From NCBI GenBank assembly GCA_025201805.1, contig MU619242.1, positions 267,507 through 331,506 of the forward strand: a DNA stretch of 64,000 nucleotides, given 5' to 3'. The first letter of the stretch is position 1. Each line of letters opens with the position of its first letter. Origin of the DNA: Parasitella parasitica NRRL 2501. Its lineage: Eukaryota; Fungi; Mucoromycota. Positions 12,504 through 23,764 of this stretch are shown piece after piece. Both the position numbers and the translations under genes were made by a program. Under the pieces are notes generated by a model. That model had not been told where the DNA came from. It saw only the letters and a program-made list of their open reading frames with translations, and did no database searches.

Positions 12504-15500
12504 ATGGCAGAAACCGCTAAACAGTTGTTCGATGAATTAAAGTTGGTTGGAGATGCCTTGGTATCTTTAGCGCCTAGAATAAGCAAATCAAATAGTGGAG
12601 AGGCAGCCACATTATTAAACAAACTGTTACATTTGCTACAAGATGTGAAGGAGCCGGAAACAATAATCACAAATGCAAACATCACTGTCATCATCATACC
12701 ACTGCTCAGTATATATAAGTCAATGACAGTAAAAGAAAGAGGCGGTTTCGAGGTTGTCATTGAGCCTTGGCTGGAGATTATGCACCTTCTACTCGCTAAA
12801 ACTCTCATAAAGAACTCCATGGAGCCACGATTCACCATTGAACTGATGGTTTTGTTTGCGACAGTGATGGATCAGACAAGCTCCCCTACCGGCATTTCCA
12901 AAGTGGCAACAAGTTCCGAGGAAATCAAGCATTTGGCTGTGAAATGCTTATCGGTAGCGCTACCGACTCTGAACAAGGAAACGGGGATGCTAACAAATGC
13001 CAATCTGGGATTGTCGAGAGCAATGCATCAAGAATCCTTTATCATTACAGCATCACAGATTATCACCGCCCTCTTAAACATAATTCGTCTGCAACAAAAC
13101 TTGCAACTTCGCTTAGATGCGATACAAGTACTATCTCAACTTCTACACACCAATATACAAGACGTTGATAAACTGGCCCAGCTGATGCCAGGGATCGTTT
13201 CGAAACTATGCGCTACGTTGACCCAAAAATCCGAAAATACCAACCATCGTCTGTTATGCAGTTTATTGGACGCCATTGGAGACTTGATTCAAAATGTGAT
13301 GCGTGATGATATGAATCATACTTTGGTAGAAATTACGACGTTTGAAGATATCCTGGTAGAATACAGTGGATCTAAACAGCAGGAACCGCAATCGGAAACA
13401 GTGAAGGGGCTGAGGAATAAGGAATGGTATTCAAATTCGAAAAAGAAATTGCATTCAATGCTTGGGCAGATTTTGCAGCTTCGACTGTATCCGGATTGGC
13501 GAACAAGGCTGGCCTTTGTCGAGTTTTCTTACAAATTACTATCAGCATGCTCAAGAACATTGGACAATTGCACCAAGCCGTTGCTAGAGATTCTTGTTCT
13601 ACATGCAGATGACCCTTACACTCAAGTTTCTTTTGCCTGCAGTCTTCATATGCAAGCATTGTTATCGTCGCCGTCGTTTGGAAAGGCCATCATGCCAAGC
13701 TTAAAGGAAGATTTATACGAATGGATCATGAAGTTTCCTCAATACATTATTTCAAAAGACGAGCAAGAGAAAAGCATGGCCATGTCGTTAATTGCTGGTA
13801 TGATTACGCTGCTGGGCGATCAGGCACAGAGTGTGCTTTCCCTTGTCCTTAGCCGAGCTTCAGATGGCTGGATGACTGCATTGGAGATTGATAAACACAG
13901 TCTGGATATTCTAGAGATGAAACAAAGCGAACGATTCATAGAACTCGGAGGCCCAGCAGCAACAAGTGGCGGAGCAACACCGTTGTATCCTAGGATACGA
14001 TTCAAGCATATTGCTACAGACATGTCTATGGCCAAACTGAGTCGATTGCTAAACATCATTGGAAAGTACTGCGATTTATCGAGTTGGGTGCATCATTTTA
14101 TGCGATATATATCGATGGACAGCCGACAAGCGAATGATCCACAAGCAGCCTACATTGTACACTCGCTTTTATCTGCTTATTTCAGCTCTGGCAGCAGCGC
14201 TGCTGATGCTGCTGATGAATGGATAGTCGATGATGATGCTGACGATACCACTCAAATTAAAAAACTTCGATTCAAAAATATTGCCGCACAAGTATTAAAT
14301 GATACCATGGATATCCTCACTGATGCAGCAAGCACAAATACAACATCAACCGCATTAGCGGCAATATCAGCAACAAGTTTAGACGATGAAAGCGGACATG
14401 TGCTGACAGTGTGCTTTGGATTGCAATTGGTTGGCCTTGCAGCGTGTATCGTGGATCAGGATTACTTGCTGGAGCAATTTATAACTATTCTATACCCTCT
14501 TCTTGCTCATTTAGGATCATCCAATGTTTATATCCACACATATGCCCTGATTACGTTGGACGCAATCGCCGTTGTTTGCGGATTGGGCGGTGCTAAAGAA
14601 CTCGTGATTCAAAACATTGACTATATCATCAATTCAATTTCACAGCACATATCGATACTGACCGACAATGCCAGGGTGCCATTGGTTTTGAAGGCACTGA
14701 TTCACGTGGGCGGGTATGCAAGTATCGATTATATGGATGACACAGTGCAAGAGATATACTATGCCTTGGAGCAGCATTCGCTGAATGATTGGCTGTGTCA
14801 TCAATTATGTAGCGTATTATTTGAAATAGTCCAGATACTCGAAAAGAATGTTCCCCCCACTACTGGTACTGCTGCTGCCACGACATTTAGCAAGCCTAAC
14901 ATGCCAAAACCAGATACCATATCGTCCGAAATCCTGTCTTTCATCCAGGAAGAGAATGAGTCTGTTGACGAGGAATTCAAATCGATGGAAGAAATTGGAA
15001 AGTATTTCTTGGATAGACAAGAGAAAGGCCTTCATGAGGACTTGAGCTTGGACCAAATCATGGAGCAAGGCAACTTACCAATGGATCCACCCAAAAGCGA
15101 CGATGAACCTGGAGAAGACGAAAGCGACGATAAACCAATCCCGCTGACACATGAACAGCAAATGACCAAGGAGATCATGGATAAAGTGAGTCATTTCCTC
15201 ACTGCAGCCTCGCCCAAGTCGCGATCACAGGTGCTCTCATTGCTTACGTGTGGGGTCAGTATTTTAGCCAGCCATTCCTCTGAAATGAACCAGCTTGTTC
15301 ATACCATGTGGCTTTCTATAGTCAACCGATTCAACGATTCAGAGACCTACGTAGTGCTCCAAGCTGCTACTTTGGTGGAAAAAGTATCGCAAGTATCCAC
15401 TGATTTTCTTTCAACAAAATTCGCTTCTGATCTATGGCCAAAATTCAAATTATTACTGCAAAGGGGTGTCTCTGCTGCTGAATCAGATCCATTGTCCACT

Positions 15501-15857
15501 GGGTACTCGATCTATTCCGTCTACCACAGAACGCAGTTGTGTTTATTAAACACACTGTCAAGAATAGCCCATAACGTGCCTATGCGACAAGAATTAATCA
15601 AGGATATTCTGGAGACGGCTCGATATTACTACAAGAATGAACAAGTCAATCGAGAACTGGATCAGGCATGTCAGGGTCTCTTTGAAGGGCTGGCTACACA
15701 GCAGCCGGATACTGTTTGGTTGTATCAGCAGCAACACGATGCACCTTTGATTCCACCCAATGCCAAGTTATTGGATGTGTTTCAAGTGCCTGAATGGATG
15801 AGTTACAGCAACAATAGCAATAGCAGTAGCAAGCCTAAAACGGTCCAGTTTAAATAA
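12504..15857 (+). CDS. TTI1: TEL2-interacting protein 1 (TTT complex), HEAT-repeat, intronless
   Basis: About 1117-aa HEAT-like ORF with MPGIVSKL, WRTRLA, LYPLLAHLGS, NIDYIINSIS and PDTVW motifs typical of Tti1. First ATG at 12504. Confidence 0.8.
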   Translation: MAETAKQLFDELKLVGDALVSLAPRISKSNSGEAATLLNKLLHLLQDVKEPETIITNANITVIIIPLLSIYKSMTVKERGGFEVVIEPWLEIMHLLLAKTLIKNSMEPRFTIELMVLFATVMDQTSSPTGISKVATSSEEIKHLAVKCLSVALPTLNKETGMLTNANLGLSRAMHQESFIITASQIITALLNIIRLQQNLQLRLDAIQVLSQLLHTNIQDVDKLAQLMPGIVSKLCATLTQKSENTNHRLLCSLLDAIGDLIQNVMRDDMNHTLVEITTFEDILVEYSGSKQQEPQSETVKGLRNKEWYSNSKKKLHSMLGQILQLRLYPDWRTRLAFVEFSYKLLSACSRTLDNCTKPLLEILVLHADDPYTQVSFACSLHMQALLSSPSFGKAIMPSLKEDLYEWIMKFPQYIISKDEQEKSMAMSLIAGMITLLGDQAQSVLSLVLSRASDGWMTALEIDKHSLDILEMKQSERFIELGGPAATSGGATPLYPRIRFKHIATDMSMAKLSRLLNIIGKYCDLSSWVHHFMRYISMDSRQANDPQAAYIVHSLLSAYFSSGSSAADAADEWIVDDDADDTTQIKKLRFKNIAAQVLNDTMDILTDAASTNTTSTALAAISATSLDDESGHVLTVCFGLQLVGLAACIVDQDYLLEQFITILYPLLAHLGSSNVYIHTYALITLDAIAVVCGLGGAKELVIQNIDYIINSISQHISILTDNARVPLVLKALIHVGGYASIDYMDDTVQEIYYALEQHSLNDWLCHQLCSVLFEIVQILEKNVPPTTGTAAATTFSKPNMPKPDTISSEILSFIQEENESVDEEFKSMEEIGKYFLDRQEKGLHEDLSLDQIMEQGNLPMDPPKSDDEPGEDESDDKPIPLTHEQQMTKEIMDKVSHFLTAASPKSRSQVLSLLTCGVSILASHSSEMNQLVHTMWLSIVNRFNDSETYVVLQAATLVEKVSQVSTDFLSTKFASDLWPKFKLLLQRGVSAAESDPLSTGYSIYSVYHRTQLCLLNTLSRIAHNVPMRQELIKDILETARYYYKNEQVNRELDQACQGLFEGLATQQPDTVWLYQQQHDAPLIPPNAKLLDVFQVPEWMSYSNNSNSSSKPKTVQFK

Positions 15858-16019
15858 AACTCTTGTGTTGTATAATGTGTTCGGAAATAAAGACAGTGGT
15901 GTTGATACCAGTTCGATGTGTAATAGTTTAGCATTCTACATATTCATTTGGGTATAAATACCTCTGGCTTTTCGTCTATCCCTTAACTTTATATACTCAA
16001 GTCTTGTAAAAAAAAAAAA

Positions 16020-17430
16020 ATGCCCTTTTGTAAATGTGGTGAACTGTGTCTGGACAGCAAGTGCAAAAAATGCGGATTTGATTTCGAAGGTAAACAATAC
16101 TTGATGAGAAGCGCCATAACGCTTGTATAAGATATCACGCACTAAAATCTCCGCGACGATCATCTATAGAGGCAGCAGAAAAGAAAAATCACAAAGTGGA
16201 TCGATGGCAATCCAGGTATGCAGAGTACAGTTCATACTGCTAACATGGTACAGCAAGCTAAATGTACATCAGATATTTGGGCAATGTCGTGGGGCTAGAC
16301 AATTTATCATCGCCTTTGGATGAAGAAGACAGATCAGCTTGTTCTCCATTATCACAACACACTAACTCACCTATTATAAAACGAATCTCAAAGCCATTTA
16401 GTAGTCTTTTGGACAGTAGACGAGTAACGCCGTTTAAAAGCATCACTAGCCCTTCTTTGAATAAGCGTTACTCAATGAATAACCTCACACTAAGCAACTG
16501 TGGAGAATGTCACAAAAAGCTCTCTGGAAAGACAGTTCGTTTACCTGATAGTCATGTCAAATATCACTGGAGTTGCCTGCAGTGTAAAGAATGCCATTTG
16601 CCGTTTGAAGACACTTCATTTTTTATTGATGCACTAAAGAATGTATACCATCCTAGTGTAGGTATATACAAGTGGATGCACCAAAGTCCTATTAACATGA
16701 CATCTAGTGTACTCCGTCCAATGCAGTGGTTCAAAACTGCTCCCGTTGCTCTCAGGTCATCACTGATAACTATCTTGCGCTCAATGCGACTGTACTGCAT
16801 CCACGGGTAAGGCACATGTGCGTCTTTTGCAGGAAATTAATCCTCGCTGACTCTTCATTACGATAGTGTTTTCGGTGTACTGGATGCCAAAAGATACTTC
16901 ATCCCGCATCCATTTACATTGATTTAAACGGATCCCACTGCCAAACGTGTTCAAGCGACAATATAACTGACAAAGAAACGTTGTCCAAGCACATGAAGAT
17001 TGTACCCCAACTGCTGAAAGTAGCCGCTAACAATGGTATTTCCATCACCACAAAACATTGCTTTTCCCCTGTTGAAGAAATAGCAACGTCGCCCAACGGA
17101 TATATTGCGGATACTGTAAAGCCATCTTCGTTAATGAGCTCAAGAGGCCGTCGTCCACTTCCTCGATTTGGCCTAATAAGAGACTGTGCAGGCTGCAATC
17201 AACGTATACTCTCGGTACATGAAGAAATTCCTGGCCCCAAAGCGTCCAAATGGCATAAAAAATGTCTAGTTTGCAGTGGATGCAACAAGACTCTGGATTC
17301 AGGGGCCACTGTGCACGAACAAGCGGAAAGCAACGCTTTGAAGCCATGGTGCACAACCTGCTTGCTGAGTAAGAGAAAAACCATGCACCACAGTAATTCG
17401 GCTTCGGCTGTTTTTAGTGCCATTGTTTAA
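16020..17430 (+). CDS. LIM-domain protein (multi-exon)
   Basis: Exon 1 MPFCKCGELC..CKKCG. LIM motifs CGECHKK...YHWSCLQCKEC and CAGCNQRI...WHKKCLVCSGC...WCTTC, joined by GT-AG introns. Confidence 0.8.
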
Positions 17431-17567
17431 ATAAAAATGATGCATGTAAGGGGATTACTATTCCCCTTGATCAGCGTTTTTCAAAAAAAAAAAAAAAAAA
17501 AAAAAAACGACCTGTATAAATGTAATCGCCCCCCCCCCCGTTTTTTTTTTCATTATAATATTTATAA

Positions 17568-18464
17568 ATGAGCTCTCTACCAACCTCGTCTTCTTCTCCT
17601 TCAGTCTATTATCCACCGCCTTATCCATCTAACGATACTGAAATTACAGCTATCACAGCAACATCAACAGCCATAATACTGCAGCAAGATAATTCACCAA
17701 TAAGGAAACCTCGAAATCATCAATACCATCATCACCACACTCACCATCATTTACACTATCATCATAAAAATTGTTATTTGTGTAAAAATAGAAACATAGC
17801 GCCCAATGTTCGAGAAATAGGACCCTACCTGATTCATCGTACGCAACCTGATCTAGTAATAATCTGTCCATGTCTACATAAAGCGCACCCAACATGTCTG
17901 AAAGAACTTCAAACAGACTACATCTGTAACATATGCAACTCAATCTACCAGCTAAGGTACATTCGATTTGCGCAATTGCTGTGTTTGGCATGCCATTTAC
18001 TCAGTCTCGCATCTACAATTGGACTTGTGTTTGGATTGTCGCATCTGGGTAGAGCACTGGATGAATTGGGCCTGGGCAGCGAAATGGGACCAAAGCTAGA
18101 CGGAGATGAGACATGGCAAGATCATGAGATGTTGGAAATAGTGGAATGGCTGAATATAGTCCATTTTGCAACCGGTGTAGCAGGAGAAGCGCTGCTGGGA
18201 CTTGTGTATATGGTGGGTGTATATTTGGTGATAGGGCAGGATCGTACGCTGATCATGATATCCAACATTCTGTATATAAGGCTGGATCCGTTGAAGAAGC
18301 AAACCTGGATCAATGCAATATGTCTGTGGATTTGCTTATTCGTATTCGGACTTGTATTGGGTACTTATCTGCTGTTTTTCTCCTGGATTTGGGCTAGTGT
18401 ATTGCACCATGTAAGAAAACGGGTTATGGACTTCCAGATGAATCAGCATGATAACGTTATATAG
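17568..18464 (+). CDS. Membrane protein with a degenerate RING-variant-like Cys/His region (MARCH-like)
   Basis: CYLC...ICPCLHKAHPTCL...CNIC followed by about 3 hydrophobic segments; intronless 298-aa ORF. Confidence 0.6.
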   Translation: MSSLPTSSSSPSVYYPPPYPSNDTEITAITATSTAIILQQDNSPIRKPRNHQYHHHHTHHHLHYHHKNCYLCKNRNIAPNVREIGPYLIHRTQPDLVIICPCLHKAHPTCLKELQTDYICNICNSIYQLRYIRFAQLLCLACHLLSLASTIGLVFGLSHLGRALDELGLGSEMGPKLDGDETWQDHEMLEIVEWLNIVHFATGVAGEALLGLVYMVGVYLVIGQDRTLIMISNILYIRLDPLKKQTWINAICLWICLFVFGLVLGTYLLFFSWIWASVLHHVRKRVMDFQMNQHDNVI

Positions 18465-18595
18465 ACTGATGCTTTATAGAAAGTCTATTTTATCATAGAG
18501 CATATAAATAAACCCTTTTTTCCTTCACACATCCCCTTCCTTTCCTTTTTCCCTATAAAACATATATAAATATATACATCCGTGTAAATCATTCA

Positions 18596-19297
18596 ATGGT
18601 CTCCAAATACAAAAAGAAAAAAAGGGCCAAAGAGCCATCTTTGCATACTGAACACGCTAATAGGAAAGATGAATTGAAGAACGACTTTTGGCTACCAACG
18701 ATTAAGCGACGAAGGCGATTTTCGATTGCTGAAATAAAATTACTGGAGAACGAATACAGCGTGAGCTGCAATCCTAACCAAGAAAAAGTGGAAGAGATTG
18801 CAGGCAAATTTAAAACGAATAAAAAAATTATAACGACATGGTTTCAAAATAGAAGAGCCAAGAATAAGAAGCTGCATTCGCTATCTCCCACTATCCAGGA
18901 AGAAGAGCAGGAATTCAATGATAATTTTACAGAAGAGTCCAATGATAATACAGGTTTATCAAATGATTTTTTGGAACACTGCTATGACAGTGATACACTT
19001 AATGTCATTAACGGAAGTACCGCATTAACAACACCTACTTTTACATTACAGCAGCAGGAGTATCAACACATCCTCTCAACACTGGATAGCCCTCAATATA
19101 GAAGCGAACATTTACACGACTACTTTTCCAACACTCGCCATGATTTGTATTACTACACAAAAGATGACCCAGATGCAGCCTGTTCCTTATTTACTAGTAC
19201 AACATCAGCAACTATCCCCATGGACCCTCCTCCAGAAGATTTCTTGCCGTCAAATTATGGAAATGGCAGCATCTTGGGCTCACCTTGTTGGATATAG
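18596..19297 (+). CDS. Homeobox transcription factor
   Basis: RRRRFSIAEIKLLENEY...PNQEKVEEIA...ITTWFQNRRAK. Confidence 0.9.
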   Translation: MVSKYKKKKRAKEPSLHTEHANRKDELKNDFWLPTIKRRRRFSIAEIKLLENEYSVSCNPNQEKVEEIAGKFKTNKKIITTWFQNRRAKNKKLHSLSPTIQEEEQEFNDNFTEESNDNTGLSNDFLEHCYDSDTLNVINGSTALTTPTFTLQQQEYQHILSTLDSPQYRSEHLHDYFSNTRHDLYYYTKDDPDAACSLFTSTTSATIPMDPPPEDFLPSNYGNGSILGSPCWI

Positions 19298-19318
19298 TAA
19301 TACAAAATAAAAGACTTT

Positions 19319-20062
19319 TTATTTTTTTGCGTGGGAATCACTATATACAGTTAAGATGGAGACTATCTTTGCTTGGAGATAGTCCATATCGTTTATACAG
19401 GCGTATTGTTCGCTCAAGTGGAATTTAGCTACTTGCTGTCGCACAATATCCTTTTCTTGATTCGACATGTCGATTTTCACATATTTCAACATGTCTAATA
19501 ATGTCATTTGGATATACTGAACTTGGTTTAATTGGGGAGAGGGAGAAGCGTAGATCATGCCTTGATGATGATAATATGGTGATGCATAATAAAAATAACT
19601 GGACAAGTTTGGTATTGCTGGTGCGTATGATTTACTGCTGAGAGGTACCATCTTATAATTATTGTTACTGTTTTGGAAAGGTCGAGTATAAAAGTGCATT
19701 GCCAGTTCAGAAACACTTAAAAGTGCCAATTGTTGATCAAAATCATGTTCCTTTCTTGGTACTTTGGGCTCATGAAATCTGACAATCATCTCATCACTAT
19801 TCATAGAAACAATGGCTTTTGCAGCTTCAACAGACTGACTAAAACTGACAAATCCAAAACCTCGTTTTTCTTTGTCTTGGGGCATTACCTTGGCACTAAT
19901 AATGCGTCCAAATGGCTTGAATAAATTAAATAGATCAGTACTAGATATCCCAGTTTGAATTCCTTTTATATAAAGATTACATAAATCCATAGACGGTTTG
20001 ATTTCAAAACGGGGATATGCAATTTTAGTATGGTTGTTATATGGTCGGCAACGACCTGTCAT
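19319..20062 (-). CDS. RRM-domain RNA-binding protein
   Basis: RNP2 NLYIKGI, LFKPFGRIISAKVM, RNP1 RGFGFVSF, VRFHEPK. First ATG at 20062. Confidence 0.85.
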   Translation of the reverse strand: MTGRCRPYNNHTKIAYPRFEIKPSMDLCNLYIKGIQTGISSTDLFNLFKPFGRIISAKVMPQDKEKRGFGFVSFSQSVEAAKAIVSMNSDEMIVRFHEPKVPRKEHDFDQQLALLSVSELAMHFYTRPFQNSNNNYKMVPLSSKSYAPAIPNLSSYFYYASPYYHHQGMIYASPSPQLNQVQYIQMTLLDMLKYVKIDMSNQEKDIVRQQVAKFHLSEQYACINDMDYLQAKIVSILTVYSDSHAKK

Positions 20063-21101
20063 ATCATGAATCAATTAATATGTATAATGCAAAGTTGGGA
20101 ATAACAAAAATAAAGAAGATGTTATCTTCTTATTTATACATATATGTAAGTGTATTTTATTGGCAAATATACACTTCACAGTATATTTTCCTCTGGGAAT
20201 TTATTGTGTTGTGGCACTGCTCTTATATGTATATGTAATACATATGCACATCCTTGAAATAAAACATGAGCATTTTACCGGCTCAGTAAAACTTTTAAAA
20301 TTAAAGATACAAGTTCAAGTATATGCAGTATAATTAATGTAGGTTATCAGCGGTTTGAGACGCTAAATGCAGTAAGAGAAATCCTCTACAGGAAAAGTCT
20401 TAAAAAAATGATTTTTGAATAATAATGGAGAGACTGGAGTAAAATAAACTGAATTCTTATCATGAGATGCTGCCATTTCATTGCAATATTAATAGCTACC
20501 ATTACAGAGATAGACAAGTGGTAGCATAAGAAACGGCAAGTGCCAAAATAACATGCTGTGCCAGAAGTAAGATTGAAATGGCATGTTTACCAGACAAAAA
20601 AATCTGCGCATCGCATGAATGAAAAGAATATGCTAAAAATACCAATTTTGATCCTTTATAGATCGAGAACGTTAACAAATATACTTAATATTTATATTCA
20701 AGTAAATTACAACAGTTGCAACCAAGCATCAAATTCAATATATTTCCATTTTAAGAGTCTTCTTGAAATCATCTTCAAATTATTATTTCCATGTTTATGT
20801 TTGTTATAAGTAGTGTTTTAGGGTCAAACAATGACAAAAGTTGTCTATTGAACATGGTTAATATTTTATATGGAAAGTACTAGAAGATGTCTCAATTGCT
20901 TCTCGACTCGAATTGATATGATAGATAGGAGATGTTTGAAACATAGAATATTAAGCCCGTCGTTTATGTTGATTAACATAGGTATGGTGAAGGCTATCTA
21001 AGCATAACTTGATTTCTATCGATAGGTGTATGTAAAACAGTTTTTATTTTTGTTGGTTTTTTTTCATAAACAATCGCAAGCAGATAGATACTTGGCTACT
21101 A

Positions 21102-21280
21102 CAGTCGACGAAACTAGGTTGGGCCAGTAAGTTGGGTCATCTTAAAATTGAATTTGGCGTCCCAATTTCATATTGCTGTCCCATTTTCATACTGGTGTCC
21201 CACTTTCATTGCGACGTCCAAATTCAATTTTAAGATGACCCAAATTTTTTCTTACTGGCCCAACCTAGTTTCGTCTACTG
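21102..21280. mobile_element. Tc1/mariner(pogo)-type MITE, 179 bp, TA TSD
   Basis: 30-bp TIR CAGTCGACGAAACTAGGTTGGGCCAGTAAG with 1 mismatch. Inner 26-bp inverted repeat TTGGGTCATCTTAAAATTGAATTTGG. TA at 21100-21101 and 21281-21282. Confidence 0.92.
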
Positions 21281-23708
21281 TAAAAGAGCCGTATAACTGA
21301 GATCTAACATGGAAAAAATAGAATTGACTCACCCCTACTTGTTGTCAACATTTGTATCAATGTTTTCATTGATATGAATTTGCGGGATTGAGCTTTAAGA
21401 CCATTTGCGTCTGTATTATCAAATGAAAGAAACCAATTAAATTGGGCATAAAACAGACCTTATTTTGTTCTTTATCAAAGCTTATAAGCATTTGTATGCA
21501 TTTCTTTATCTAAAAATACTATGGCTTTATGCTGTTAACTTTATAGATGCTGTTCTGAATACTACTTAAGACTGATTTATTTTGTACAGCCCTCATGGAT
21601 TTACTGACCTATAAATCAAATGATTAATCTTATTATACTTTCTTCCCTTTTCCACATTTTGATTTTAGTAATGTTTGATATGCATGATTTTTGTTACATT
21701 GAGACTCTATATTAAATAAATAATTAGGCGTGGTTTTCGCTATCTGAGCATGTTTATTAGAAGTTATTGTGTATATGCGTAGAGTTTGACTTATAATTAA
21801 TCATAACTTCTGCTAAACAAACAATAAAACCAAAATCAAACTTGGAAAACATAGGATCGACTCAGGGATATGAAATAAAAACGTCTGTAGCAATAAAAAT
21901 AAGCGTATATAAAAAGTTTTCAGAAGAAAACAGTGATTTTAACAATAAAATACATATAAGCGCTTGTAACTTCTGGCACAGACAAAATTGATGATGGTTT
22001 TAGGCTTGATTAATACAGGCATAATCAGAGCTATCTAAGCATCACTTTGTTTCTATTGGACGATGTTGCTATCAGAAGCCATATGCAAAAACAGTTTTTG
22101 TTTTCATAATTGACAAACACTTGCAAGTATTTGCAAAAATTCCGGCGTAGCATTTGCTAAATAGACTCTAAAACCAAAATAGAACTCAAAGCACATAGAA
22201 TACCGCTGTTTATTGAGATTCGTCGCATAAGTAATATGTTTTTTCTGTAAGTTTACATAATAAATAACTTTGTTTTTTCAGTTTAATTTGCTGTAATCAT
22301 ATAAAGGCTACATATGTCATATCTAACATAGTTATGATGTGCGGATTGTTATGCGCAGAGGATATATAGTTATGACCTGCTCAAAAAAATGTATGACTTT
22401 ATAAAAATAAAATCAGATACAAAAACTAATGACTTTATTGATAAGAAAATGCCATCTTTTTATACTAGATTATATCTATTGTAACACTATTTGTCATCAT
22501 GGTTAAACATTGAACTTGGTATGTAAATACCAAGTTTATTACATGTTCTATTGTACATTAATAGCTTATTCCTTGTCATTGTATACAAAGAATTACCAAT
22601 CTAATAATTGCCTAATCTCATGCCTTTCTGGCACAACAATCTCTATTTATATTATTTGGGTGTCGTCTTACTAGCAGACAATTGTTTCGTTATTTCTTCT
22701 TAACGGTTCCATTATTCTTTATATGTTGTGTTATGAATTCTAAACAGCCGTTCTGGCTAAGTAGTATACTATTATACTACTTGGGTTGATTAGAGATGGT
22801 CATTCATCAGGACAATATAATAATTCTATCGTAGCTATTTTAATCTTACGTGAGTGTGAATATTATTGAGTTGTTTCTTAACGTTGTTGATCTAACGATG
22901 GATCAAGGACGGCATTTTAAGCATGATTCTATTCATGCGATTAGGAAGCTTTCTTTGTTTGATGAATTGTTCCTTTTTAGGCTTTAGTTTGTGGCACAAC
23001 ATGCTATTTTGACATATGTCAATTTCTATCCTTGCTATATTTGTTTATCTTTGTAGTCATAGCTTCTAGTAGTATTGGGAAGATGATAATATTTTATGAT
23101 GGGAATCTAGTCTTGTTCACTTTAGTGCGTCTCTAGGAACTGGGAAAATGCATCTGAAGCATAGATCTTATATATATGGAATAAGCTCGTAGCACATACT
23201 AACAGTAGTAAATGTCTAAGTTTCCTGTCAAGATATAAGTATAGGTCTTCTATAGAGCGTCATCAATCCTAATGGTGCCATCTCTGTTTAGAATAACAAA
23301 ATATAGACAGAAAAAATACAATTAGAACTGAATATATTTATTTTGCTATTCCAAGATTGAATGAAGATTTAAACTAGTGTATGTTTTGAAGGTATTTATA
23401 GTTATTTGACAGTGCCGCAGCAATAGGACCATGATCTAGGATGAGGGATAATTGGTTACATCTTGAACCAATCCCTAGGAGCTTGGTGGATAAGAGTTTC
23501 CGAGTTACCAGTAAGACAAGAGCATAGATACATATGAAGGATAGAATGTTGTTCCTAGTTGATTTATCAGAATTGTTGGGTTAAAAAGATAATAAAAACC
23601 AAATGTTAACGAGATACGAAAACTTAAAGATACTTTATTTAAGATCGAAATTGCATCTGCTATTTATACTTTTTACAACTACATAAATTTATGGTGACTT
23701 ATTTAGAT

Positions 23709-23764
23709 TGTTATATCAATAACATGGCAAAGTCTCACATCAGGATCTCAGATCAGTCCCAGGG
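23709..23764 (+). repeat. Left 56 bp of a split family-A LTR (remainder at 29816-29975)
   Basis: TGTTATATCAATAACATGG...CCCAGGG is continued by GGTCTTACAG... at 29816. Confidence 0.88.

Noticed and set aside
18596-19297. Mating-type locus
   Set aside because: Mucorales sex loci encode HMG proteins flanked by tptA and rnhA, none of which is present.
22500-23600. Degenerate coding relic
   Set aside because: Composition is coding-like, but I could not read an identifiable motif.
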